Positions 7,650 through 15,893 of a DNA stretch of 32,000 nt are shown here, one piece after another. Source of the DNA: Verrucomicrobiota bacterium (GTDB lineage: Bacteria > Verrucomicrobiota > Verrucomicrobiia > Chthoniobacterales > UBA6821); contig WBXG01000005.1 in the NCBI GenBank assembly GCA_008932965.1, positions 1 to 32,000 of the forward strand, given 5' to 3'. Position 1 is the stretch's first letter, and each line of letters opens with the position of its first letter. The notes under the pieces were generated by a model. The model worked only from the letters and a program-made list of their open reading frames with translations. It made no database searches and was not told the origin of the DNA. The position numbers and the translations under genes are program-made.

Positions 7650-8249
7650 ATGACACTACCTAATCAAATTACTCTTGGTCGGATTTTACTGATTCCCATT
7701 TTTGTGCTCTTAGCTGTCTATTATGGACATAGTGTTGAAGCAGGGGAACCTGAAGAAAAATTACGTATTGCTGCTATTATTGTTTTTTTAGTCGCAGCGC
7801 TTAGCGATGGGGTTGATGGATGGTTAGCACGTCACTTTCGTCTTCAATCTCGCTTAGGGGCTATTCTGGATCCCATTGCTGATAAAGGATTGATGCTAAC
7901 TGCGATCATTACACTGAGTGTGAGTAATTGGGATCGGTCATTACCACTTTGGTTTCCAGTCTTAGTGATTACTCGCGATATCATTATTTTAACCGGATGT
8001 GCTCTGCTTCGTTTTCTCAATGGTTCTCTGGAAATTCGTCCCAGCTCTCTTGGAAAAATTTCTACTTTTTTTCAGATGTTTGCAATCGCAGTGGTATTGC
8101 TGCAGTGGCGTTATTACAGCATTATTGTTGGAATAGCTGGTATTGTTACCTTGCTCAGTGGTATCGGATATATAATCGATGGTGTTCGACTTTTAAAATT
8201 AGGGGGTCATGATAGGCCGACATCGGGAGATGTAATGGGTAATGGGTAA
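7650..8249 (+). CDS. pgsA: CDP-diacylglycerol--glycerol-3-phosphate 3-phosphatidyltransferase (CDP-alcohol phosphatidyltransferase family)
   Basis: Contains the motif DGVDGWLARHFRLQSRLGAILDPIADK. I chose the ATG at 7650 (MTLPNQITLGRILLIP), because the ORF-track start at 7503 lies inside repeat copy D. The last 5 codons and the stop are encoded by the heptamer array. Confidence 0.85.
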   Translation: MTLPNQITLGRILLIPIFVLLAVYYGHSVEAGEPEEKLRIAAIIVFLVAALSDGVDGWLARHFRLQSRLGAILDPIADKGLMLTAIITLSVSNWDRSLPLWFPVLVITRDIIILTGCALLRFLNGSLEIRPSSLGKISTFFQMFAIAVVLLQWRYYSIIVGIAGIVTLLSGIGYIIDGVRLLKLGGHDRPTSGDVMGNG

Positions 8250-8315
8250 TGGGTAATGGGTGGTGAGTGGTGAGTGGTGAGTGGTGAGTAAGGGGTAATG
8301 AGTGATGAGTGATGG
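8232..8315 (+). repeat. Heptanucleotide tandem array 1 (12 units, G-rich on the + strand)
   Basis: Counted by hand: gtaatgg x4, gtggtga x4, then gtaaggg, gtaatga, gtgatga, gtgatgg. Units are reverse complements of units in array 2. Confidence 0.95.
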
Positions 8316-8410
8316 GTTCTAAAGAGCACTATTCATTATCGAACGTAATGTTGAGAAGAGGATTACTCTCAGTACAAATTTCGAAATTTAATTTCATTTC
8401 GATTCTAAAA

Positions 8411-8641
8411 TTACTCCTTACCCATTACCCATCACCCATCACCCATCACCCATCACCCATCACCCATCACCCATCACCCATTACTCCTTACTCCTTACTC
8501 CTTACTCCTTACTCCTTACTCCTTACTCCTTACTCCTTACCCATTACCCATTACCCATTACCCATTACCCATTACCCATTACTCATTACTCATTACTCAT
8601 TACTCATTACTCATTACTCATTACTCATTACTCATTACTCA
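8411..8641 (+). repeat. Heptanucleotide tandem array 2 (33 units in homogeneous blocks, C-rich on the + strand)
   Basis: Counted by hand: ttactcc x1, ttaccca x2, tcaccca x7, ttactcc x8, ttaccca x6, ttactca x9. The array ends 10 nt before the der ATG. Confidence 0.95.
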
Positions 8642-8651
8642 TTCCTTTTTT

Positions 8652-10100
8652 ATGTATCGTGTAGCCATTGTTGGCCGACCTAACGTCGGCAAATCCTCTC
8701 TCTTTAATCGTCTTCTGGGTAGACGTCTTTCTATTGTTCATGACCAACCTGGGGTTACCCGTGACCGGCTTGCAGCAGTGTGTGAAAAAGGAGATATCCC
8801 TTTTGAAATTATCGATACAGGCGGGATTGGAGATGCACCTGACCCTGATTTTGCCGAGGCTACTCATGCCGCAGCCATGGCAGCAATTCAATCTGCAGAC
8901 CTACTTCTCTTTGTGGTTGATGGTCGTGCTGGGGTGACTCCGCTAGATCAAGAATTAGCTCAGCAACTACGTCGAACCGATCGCCCGCTTCTCCTCATTG
9001 TTAATAAAATCGATGAAAAAATGCACGAGTCATTTGTAAGTGATTTTTATGAGCTCGGTTTTGATCAGATTTTAAGCGTGAGTGCAGCCCATGGTGTGGG
9101 ACTGCATCATTTAATGGAGTCTATTGAAAAACATCTTGGGGTATGTGACGAAAAACAATCTCTAGTAAAAGAGGCGATTCCAAAACTTGCTATTGTAGGA
9201 CGCCCTAATGTTGGTAAATCTTCTTTGCTTAACACCATTCTTGGAGAGGAGCGAACTATTGTAAGTCCTATTTCTGGCACAACACGGGATGCTATTGATA
9301 TTCGATGTGACTTAAAAGGGGTTCCCTATTTACTGGTCGATACAGCAGGACTGAGGCATCGATCCAAGCCTGATACCTCAGTGGAGATTTTTAGTGCAAT
9401 GCGAACCCAGGAGGCCTTGCGCCGTGCTGATGTTGGTATTCTTGTTCTTGATGCTACCGTTGATATTACAGCTCAAGATAAACGTATTGCCGGAATACTT
9501 CAGGAATCTTTTAAACCTTGCCTAATTGTTGCCAACAAATGGGATCTTGTTCATAAAGAGGATGGTGGTCGTGCCTCCCAAGGTGAATACGCAGCGATGA
9601 TCCGAAGTGAATTATTTTTTCTCGATTATGCACCGATTATTTGTCTGTCCGCTAAAACCGGTCAGGAAGTAGGACGTCTACTCACCGCCCTTGAAGAAGT
9701 GAGAAAAGCTGCAGAGGTCCGTATCACTACAGGAGAGCTTAATCGATTTTTTAAGGCAGTATGGGAACATCAGCCACCTCCATCACGTGGAGGACGTCGT
9801 TTTAAGCTGCTGTATGCAACTCAGGTTGCTCCCGAAGTGCGCCCTCCATTTCATGCTCCAGAATTTTTGCTCTTCGTCAACGATGCAAAATTAATGACCG
9901 ACTCCTATCATAAGTACCTTCTTCATGCACTTCGCTCGGAGTGGCCTTTTTCAGGACTTCCCATTCGACTGCGTCTTCAGGGAAGGCTCTCTCGCGAAGA
10001 GCAAGATCGCAAGGCTGAAGGAAATGAGCAGCATATTCGAACAAAAATAGAACCGTATGTACTAAAGAGGAATGAAAAAGGAAACCGCTTAGGGGGGTAG
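8652..10100 (+). CDS. der: Ribosome-associated GTPase Der (EngA), two tandem GTPase domains plus a KH-like domain
   Basis: Two G1 motifs, GRPNVGKSSLFN and GRPNVGKSSLLN, each followed by DTGG/DTAG and NKxD motifs. Confidence 0.92.
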   Translation: MYRVAIVGRPNVGKSSLFNRLLGRRLSIVHDQPGVTRDRLAAVCEKGDIPFEIIDTGGIGDAPDPDFAEATHAAAMAAIQSADLLLFVVDGRAGVTPLDQELAQQLRRTDRPLLLIVNKIDEKMHESFVSDFYELGFDQILSVSAAHGVGLHHLMESIEKHLGVCDEKQSLVKEAIPKLAIVGRPNVGKSSLLNTILGEERTIVSPISGTTRDAIDIRCDLKGVPYLLVDTAGLRHRSKPDTSVEIFSAMRTQEALRRADVGILVLDATVDITAQDKRIAGILQESFKPCLIVANKWDLVHKEDGGRASQGEYAAMIRSELFFLDYAPIICLSAKTGQEVGRLLTALEEVRKAAEVRITTGELNRFFKAVWEHQPPPSRGGRRFKLLYATQVAPEVRPPFHAPEFLLFVNDAKLMTDSYHKYLLHALRSEWPFSGLPIRLRLQGRLSREEQDRKAEGNEQHIRTKIEPYVLKRNEKGNRLGG

Positions 10101-10134
10101 GGCCTTCAACATCGAGAATATTGACATTGTCTTT

Positions 10135-10338
10135 TTGACAAGCTACAAGACTCCACTCATGGAACAGTTCCCATATCCTACACCTCCTACTGATCAAGAG
10201 CGTATTGCTGAAAATAAACTGATTCGATTCTTCTTGTTTTCAACCCCGCCTCTCTTCATTGCAGTCCTGATAATCGTTGCGCTTCTATGTGCGGTCTGTA
10301 TTGCTTTGAATTTTAATCCGATGAATTGGCTGGAGTAG
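10135..10338 (+). CDS. Possible small membrane protein (hypothetical)
   Basis: 67-aa ORF with one clear hydrophobic helix (PPLFIAVLIIVALLCAVCIALNF). No family recognised. It could be spurious. Confidence 0.3.
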   Translation: MTSYKTPLMEQFPYPTPPTDQERIAENKLIRFFLFSTPPLFIAVLIIVALLCAVCIALNFNPMNWLE

Positions 10339-10388
10339 ATTCAAAAAGTGGCCCTGTAAAATAGGGTTTGTAAAGGGGGTGACTCTTT

Positions 10389-11030
10389 TTAGGGATTTAA
10401 TCGTTCGATAATCCAAGCACTTTCTTTTTTTGTGTACTGAAAACAATCATGGAGGCGGTCGCTTCTCCCTTGCCAAAATTGCATTGAATGAGGTGCAACA
10501 AGGTAGCCATTCCAGAAATCAGGAACAGGAACCTCTTGGTTTTTATATTTTTTTTTCAGTTCCTGCATGCGGCTTTCTAAAGTGTGACGATTAGAAAGCG
10601 TCATGCTTTGAAACGAGGCACACGCGGCTAACTGACTATTCCTCGGGCGAGAGTGAAAATATTTTTCTGTTTCTACACGGGGTAGTAGGCTAGCCGTTCC
10701 ATTAATTCTAACCTGGCGTTCCAAAGGTGGCCAATAAAAGAGGAGTGCGACATTGGGATTTTCAGCAATGTGTCGTCCTTTAATACTGGTGCTATTGGTA
10801 AAAAAACGAAAACCATCCTTTTCGTATCCTTTAAGTAAAACCATACGAGAGGTTAGTAAACGGTCACAATTGGCTGTAGAGAGGCTCATCGCATTGGGTT
10901 CTGTGATTGCATCACACATGCTTGCTTCTTGAAACCAAAGATCAAATTGTTCCATAGGGATTTTCTTAAGATCTGCACGCCGCAGTGCTCCTTGGCAATA
11001 GTCTTTACGCTGTGAAGAAAGTGATTTCAT
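10389..11030 (-). CDS. pdxH: Pyridoxamine 5'-phosphate oxidase
   Basis: Contains the C-terminal signature FWQGRSDRLHDCFQY and the block RMVLLKGYEKDGFRFFTN. I chose the ATG at 11030 (213 aa). The ORF-track start at 11105 adds 25 residues. Confidence 0.88.
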   Translation of the reverse strand: MKSLSSQRKDYCQGALRRADLKKIPMEQFDLWFQEASMCDAITEPNAMSLSTANCDRLLTSRMVLLKGYEKDGFRFFTNSTSIKGRHIAENPNVALLFYWPPLERQVRINGTASLLPRVETEKYFHSRPRNSQLAACASFQSMTLSNRHTLESRMQELKKKYKNQEVPVPDFWNGYLVAPHSMQFWQGRSDRLHDCFQYTKKESAWIIERLNP

Positions 11031-11333
11031 GCAAGAAAAAAAGTATCTTTTTGTGAAGTTAAATGCAAAAAAAATATTGGACTCACAAAAAAATGGTTTT
11101 GACACTGACGCTTAGGCTGGTATTCGTAACAACCCGAATTCTAACGAAACGCATCATCTGCTCCTTACCTAAAACCTAAAATAGTAACAGAAGAATGATT
11201 ATTCCTTACTCATTCTTATGATCGCTGGAGGTTTACCTTGGCTAATGTGCAGATTCTGTGTAGTGTTACAACTTGAATATTTCTCAAAATCATTCTTTGA
11301 ACATAAACTTGCTCGGTCCTTTGGATTGAACAA

Positions 11334-11409
<76 letters not shown>

Positions 11410-11445
11410 GAAGAGTATAACAACAACAACCACTAGAACACTAAT

Positions 11446-12630
11446 ATGGCTAAGGACACATTCCAACGCAACAAGCCGCACGTTAACGTCGGCACCATTG
11501 GTCACGTCGATCACGGCAAGACCACACTCACTGCTGCGATCACTACGGTGCTTGCAAAGTCTGGTAAAGCCCAAGCACGAGCTTATGACCAAATCGATGC
11601 TGCTCCCGAAGAAAAAGAGCGCGGTATTACGATTTCAACAGCCCATGTGGAGTATGAAAGTGATGCTCGTCACTATGCCCACGTCGATTGTCCAGGACAT
11701 GCTGATTATGTTAAAAACATGATTACTGGTGCTGCTCAAATGGACGGAGCAATTCTTGTTGTGAGTGCTGCTGATGGTCCAATGCCACAAACACGTGAGC
11801 ACATTCTTTTGGCTCGTCAAGTAGGTGTTCCATCCATGGTTGTTTTCATGAACAAGGTAGATCTTGTAGATGATCCTGAATTACTCGATCTCGTTGAGAT
11901 GGAAATTCGCGATCTTCTTAGCTCCTATGATTTCCCTGGTGATGAAATCCCTATCGTCAAAGGAAGTGCAAAAAAAGCTCTTGATGGAGATCCAGAAATG
12001 GAAAAACAAATTCTTGCACTCATCGATGCTGTAGATAAATACATTCCACTTCCAGAGCGTCCAAAAGACCAACCATTCCTCCTTCCTGTGGAAGATGTCT
12101 TCAACATTGAAGGACGTGGAACTGTTGCCACAGGTCGTGTAGAACGTGGTATTCTTAAGAAAATGGAGGAAGTCGAAATTGTAGGTTTGAAGCCTACAGT
12201 CAAGACAACAGTCACTGATATTGAGATGTTCCGTAAACTTCTTGATACTGCAGAAGCAGGCGACAACGTTGGTCTCCTACTTCGTGGTGTCAAAAAAGAA
12301 GATATTGAGCGTGGTCAGGTCATTGCAAAAGTCAACTCCATCAAGCCTCATAAAAAGTTCAAAGCTGAAATTTATGTCCTAAGCAAAGATGAAGGGGGCC
12401 GTCATACACCTTTCTTCTCTAACTATCGTCCTCAATTTTACTTCCGCACTACCGATGTTACTGGCAGCGTTAAACTCCCAGAAGGAGTTGAAATGGTCAT
12501 GCCCGGTGATAACGTAGCTATCGAAGTAGAACTCATTACTCCAATCGCTATGGAAAAAACGATCCGCTTCGCTATTCGTGAAGGTGGTCGTACCGTAGGT
12601 GCTGGACGTGTTTCCGAAATCCTAGACTAA
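11446..12630 (+). CDS. tuf: Elongation factor Tu
   Basis: 394-aa ORF with [18 protein letters not shown] and NKVD motifs. Full-length EF-Tu. Confidence 0.98.
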   Translation: MAKDTFQRNKPHVNVGTIGHVDHGKTTLTAAITTVLAKSGKAQARAYDQIDAAPEEKERGITISTAHVEYESDARHYAHVDCPGHADYVKNMITGAAQMDGAILVVSAADGPMPQTREHILLARQVGVPSMVVFMNKVDLVDDPELLDLVEMEIRDLLSSYDFPGDEIPIVKGSAKKALDGDPEMEKQILALIDAVDKYIPLPERPKDQPFLLPVEDVFNIEGRGTVATGRVERGILKKMEEVEIVGLKPTVKTTVTDIEMFRKLLDTAEAGDNVGLLLRGVKKEDIERGQVIAKVNSIKPHKKFKAEIYVLSKDEGGRHTPFFSNYRPQFYFRTTDVTGSVKLPEGVEMVMPGDNVAIEVELITPIAMEKTIRFAIREGGRTVGAGRVSEILD

Positions 12631-12709
12631 TCTACGAAAATAGAAGATTGGGAGTCTGAAAAAAGTACTCCCATCTACTATTTCTGGATTTTAATATCCT
12701 CAAACGTAA

Positions 12710-12782
12710 AGGCCAGTAGCTCAATTGGTAGAGTAGCGGTCTCCAAAACCGTTGGTTGGGGGTTCAAGTCCCTCCTGGCCTG
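12710..12782 (+). tRNA. tRNA-Trp (anticodon CCA), no encoded 3' CCA
   Basis: Hand fold. Acceptor AGGCCAG/CTGGCCT, anticodon stem GCGGT/ACCGT with loop CTCCAAA, T loop TTCAAGT. Close to E. coli tRNA-Trp. Confidence 0.92.
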
Positions 12783-12888
12783 AATGACGTTCGAAATTTT
12801 TAAAACGCTACCATTACGAATTAAAATTAGAGAAAAAGTACAAAAAAGTTCCTCGATTTTCTATTTATAGCGGGTACTACAGCACTTT

Positions 12889-13104
12889 ATGGTTCAAAAA
12901 ATTAGTAACTACATCAAAGAAGTTCAAATAGAACTTCATAAGGCACAATGGCCTTGGAGCAATGAAGAGCATGGAATCAAACGCTTCAGGGAGCTTTGGA
13001 GTTCCAGTCTGATTGTCATTATTGCAATGCTCCTAGTTGGTGGTTATATCTCATTTTTTGATTTTATTGCCATTAACATCATTGGCTTCTTAACACGTTC
13101 GTAG
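12889..13104 (+). CDS. secE: Preprotein translocase subunit SecE
   Basis: 71-aa ORF with KEVQIELHKAQWPW followed by a single C-terminal TM helix. It sits in the canonical position between tRNA-Trp and nusG. Confidence 0.8.
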   Translation: MVQKISNYIKEVQIELHKAQWPWSNEEHGIKRFRELWSSSLIVIIAMLLVGGYISFFDFIAINIIGFLTRS

Positions 13105-13328
13105 TTATTAAGAGTATAGGATTTTCACGAGTAGAATTTCACTTAGTAAAATCAAAGGAAAAAAATATTATTTTCTTTGAATTTATACCTCTTTAATCTT
13201 TCACTCTTATCGCATTCACTTTAAAAGAATAGTTCTCCCTTTGTGGATTGCTTTCAATTCAACTTCTTCTTTGCGGCTGCAGAATCCGTACAGTAGCTAA
13301 ATTTTAACTTTTAACATCAATTTTAAAC

Positions 13329-13892
13329 ATGCCTCTCGCTCCTAAAGATCAATGGTTTGTCGTTCATGTGCTCTCTGGCCAAGAACAGAAAATTCACGAC
13401 AACATTGTCAAACGTATTAAAACAGAAGAAATGGGAGACTCTATCTTTGAAGTGCTCATTCCTACAGAGCGGGTCCAAGAAATTAAGAGAGGTAAAAAAA
13501 CGGAAACAACCCGAAAATTTTTTCCAGGATACATTATTATCAATATGCATCTTTTTGATGCAGAGGATAATATCATTGAGAACTCATGGACCTTTATTAA
13601 AGAGACAACGGGAATAATTGGTTTTGCTGGAACCAAAGATCGTCCTATTCCGATGAGACCAAAAGAAATTCAAGGAATGCTTGCACAGATGAAAGAGCGT
13701 GAAGAGAATATCACGCAAAAAATCATTTTTGAAGTCGGTGACAAAGTTAAAGTTGCTGATGGTCCATTCCAAAATCAACAAGGTATTGTTGAGGAAATTG
13801 ATCCTGAGCGTGGTAAACTACGTGTCTCTGTTAGTATCTTTGGAAGAGATACACCTGTAGAGTTAGAATACTGGCAGGTAGAAAAAGCGTAG
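13329..13892 (+). CDS. nusG: Transcription termination/antitermination factor NusG
   Basis: 187-aa ORF with an NGN start (WFVVHVLSGQEQKI) and a C-terminal KOW domain (GDKVKVADGPFQNQQGIVEEID). Confidence 0.93.
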   Translation: MPLAPKDQWFVVHVLSGQEQKIHDNIVKRIKTEEMGDSIFEVLIPTERVQEIKRGKKTETTRKFFPGYIIINMHLFDAEDNIIENSWTFIKETTGIIGFAGTKDRPIPMRPKEIQGMLAQMKEREENITQKIIFEVGDKVKVADGPFQNQQGIVEEIDPERGKLRVSVSIFGRDTPVELEYWQVEKA

Positions 13893-14098
13893 AATGTCTC
13901 CCAAATTTTACTGATGCAACGAGGAACTGCGTCGCGTCAGTGTTCAGCTCGTCGAGTATTTTCATATACACTTATTGTTCTTCATCTGCCTCAGTGAACT
14001 TTGAACACATCCTTTTTTTAGTTTTCGGATGCTATTAGCTCAACGAATTTAAAACAGCCTCTTTGTTCTCTGAGTAGGTTTTTTGATTTATTTACTAG

Positions 14099-15880
14099 AT
14101 GCAAAAAAAATGGATTCTTCCTTCTTCGGCAGATTCTAAGCTAGTTGAGAGGCTTGCTAAGGAATTGAAACTACCGCTGGCTCTTACTGAGGTGCTGGTG
14201 CAACGAGGATATGCCTCTGTAGAAGTTGCTACCAATTTTCTCAATCCACGTTTGGCTCAGTTGCGACCTCCTGAGGAGATTCCAAATATTTCTGCGGCAG
14301 CAGATCGTTTGCAAGTGGCATTGCAAAAAAAAGAAAAGATTATTCTTTATGGGGATTATGATGTTGATGGCATTACTTCATTAACCTTGTTGTGTCGCTC
14401 TTTGAGAGCTTTGGGAGGTGACGTTGATTGTTTTATTCCAGAGCGTGCTTCAGAGGGATATGGGCTTAGCAAGGCAGGATTGAAACGGTGTTTTGAAATA
14501 TTCAAGCCAGGCCTTATCGTAGCTGTTGATTGTGGTACAAATTCTTTTGAGGAAGCTCAAATCATCCGGGAACAAAAAATCGATCTTATTGTTGTTGATC
14601 ACCATGAAATTCAAAATAGAGGTCAGGCTAAGATTTTTGACAAAACTTCAATAGTAGTAGAATCAATAGAAACATCATCATGTTTTGTCAAAAATCTTAG
14701 CTTGACCTCTATTTTAGTAAATCCTCAGCTAGGTTCTGACTATCACTATCTTTGTAGTGTTGGCTTGGTTTTCAAGCTCGTTCATGCACTGCTCAAGCGT
14801 TATCCCGCTCCCCCTTTTGACTTACGTGAATATCTTGATCTTGTGGCTTTAGGAACGGTTGCTGATATCGTCCCTCTTACGAAAGAAAATCGTATTTTTG
14901 TGACACATGGTCTCAAGCAGCTAGCTAAATCACGATGGCCGGGAGTAGTAGCTTTAATTAAGATTGCGGAGGTTCAACCCCCCTTTACTACCTATGACGT
15001 AGGTTATAAATTGGGACCTCGTTTAAATGCAGCTGGTCGTCTTTCCTCTGCTTTAGAGGCATTGGAGCTATTGCTCACTGATGATCCTAATACTGCAACT
15101 CGTCTTGCCCATGATTTGGATCTTCGTAACCGTGAACGTCAGCTCATTGAGCGTGCTGTGACCCAAGAGGCAGAGGAATTAGTGACCTCGATTTTTTCAA
15201 CATCCTCTCCTAAAAGCATCGTTTTGGGCCGCTCTCATTGGCATCACGGTGTTGTGGGGATTGTGGCTTCTCGTATTTCAAAACGCTGGCATCGTCCAAC
15301 TCTTATTATTGGTTTTGATGAACAGGGTCTTGGAAAAGGGAGTGGACGGAGTATTGAAGACTTCTCTCTAGTAATGGCTTTAGAAAAGTGCGCTGCTGTT
15401 TTAGAAACTTTTGGAGGGCATGCAATGGCAGCTGGACTCACATTAAAAAAGAAAAATTGTGACATCCTCGCTAGCTCTTTTGAGCAGGCTGCAGAGCTTC
15501 TTCTCACAGAAGAGGAGCTTACTCCTAAATTAAGATTCCATGCAGAAATAAAAACCTCAGAGCTTGATTCCAGTTGGTTGTTGGCACAAGAGAGGCTAGC
15601 CCCGTTTGGTGCAGGAAATGCACAACCGCTTTTTCTGGCTTATTCACTAATTCCGTTGCGAGAGCCACGTCTCTTAAAGGAAAAACATCTTCGTTTTGAA
15701 TTTGCTGGAAAAAAGAATGTTCCCCTCATTGGAATTTTCTTTAATGGCGCTCAAGAGCCCCTTCCAAAGCCACCGTGGGATATTGCTTTTACGCTTATGA
15801 GCAATACTTACCTTGGAAGAACAACGATGCAACTTCAGATTGTTGCGATTCGAACATCCTCGTTATCGCAGTTGATTTAA
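14099..15880 (+). CDS. recJ: Single-stranded-DNA-specific exonuclease RecJ, carrying an in-frame 29-codon palindromic insert
   Basis: DHH-family motifs are present (GDYDVDGITS, VDCGT, VVDHH, GGHAMAAG). The DHH-to-NP spacing is 38 aa here, versus about 13 in E. coli RecJ as I recall it. Confidence 0.92.
   Translation: MQKKWILPSSADSKLVERLAKELKLPLALTEVLVQRGYASVEVATNFLNPRLAQLRPPEEIPNISAAADRLQVALQKKEKIILYGDYDVDGITSLTLLCRSLRALGGDVDCFIPERASEGYGLSKAGLKRCFEIFKPGLIVAVDCGTNSFEEAQIIREQKIDLIVVDHHEIQNRGQAKIFDKTSIVVESIETSSCFVKNLSLTSILVNPQLGSDYHYLCSVGLVFKLVHALLKRYPAPPFDLREYLDLVALGTVADIVPLTKENRIFVTHGLKQLAKSRWPGVVALIKIAEVQPPFTTYDVGYKLGPRLNAAGRLSSALEALELLLTDDPNTATRLAHDLDLRNRERQLIERAVTQEAEELVTSIFSTSSPKSIVLGRSHWHHGVVGIVASRISKRWHRPTLIIGFDEQGLGKGSGRSIEDFSLVMALEKCAAVLETFGGHAMAAGLTLKKKNCDILASSFEQAAELLLTEEELTPKLRFHAEIKTSELDSSWLLAQERLAPFGAGNAQPLFLAYSLIPLREPRLLKEKHLRFEFAGKKNVPLIGIFFNGAQEPLPKPPWDIAFTLMSNTYLGRTTMQLQIVAIRTSSLSQLI
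14621..14707 (+). repeat. 87-bp palindromic element inside recJ (26-nt arms, 35-nt loop)
   Basis: The left arm ggtcaggctaagatttttgacaaaac (14621-14646) pairs with the right arm gttttgtcaaaaatcttagcttgacc (14682-14707), with 25 of 26 positions complementary. It starts on a codon boundary, and 87 nt equals 29 codons. Confidence 0.85.
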
Positions 15881-15893
15881 TTTGATGAGAGAG

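Noticed and set aside
8232-8641. Possible CRISPR array
   Set aside because: The units are 7 nt long and directly tandem, with no unique spacers and no cas genes. This is a microsatellite-type array.
8232-8641. Genuine telomere or linear-replicon end, because of the TAATGGG/TTTAGGG similarity
   Set aside because: The arrays are internal and flanked by ordinary housekeeping genes on both sides. They are also present in both orientations.
8309-8683. 124-aa ORF reading through the heptamer array (…HYPSPITHHPSPITHHPSPITPYSLLLTPYSLL…)
   Set aside because: Its sequence is just the periodic translation of 7-nt repeats in rotating frames, and it runs into the der start. There is no independent coding evidence.
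11106-11333. Promoter for the tRNA-Thr/tuf unit, and faint similarity of aacccgaattctaacg to the repeat TIR
   Set aside because: Several TTGAAT and TTGAAC hexamers occur, but none has a convincing -10 at proper spacing. The TIR similarity is limited to about 9 nt.
12649-12673. Hairpin tgggagt-N11-actccca after tuf as an intrinsic terminator
   Set aside because: The stem is only 7 bp with a large loop and no clean U-tract. tRNA-Trp, secE and nusG follow and are probably co-transcribed.
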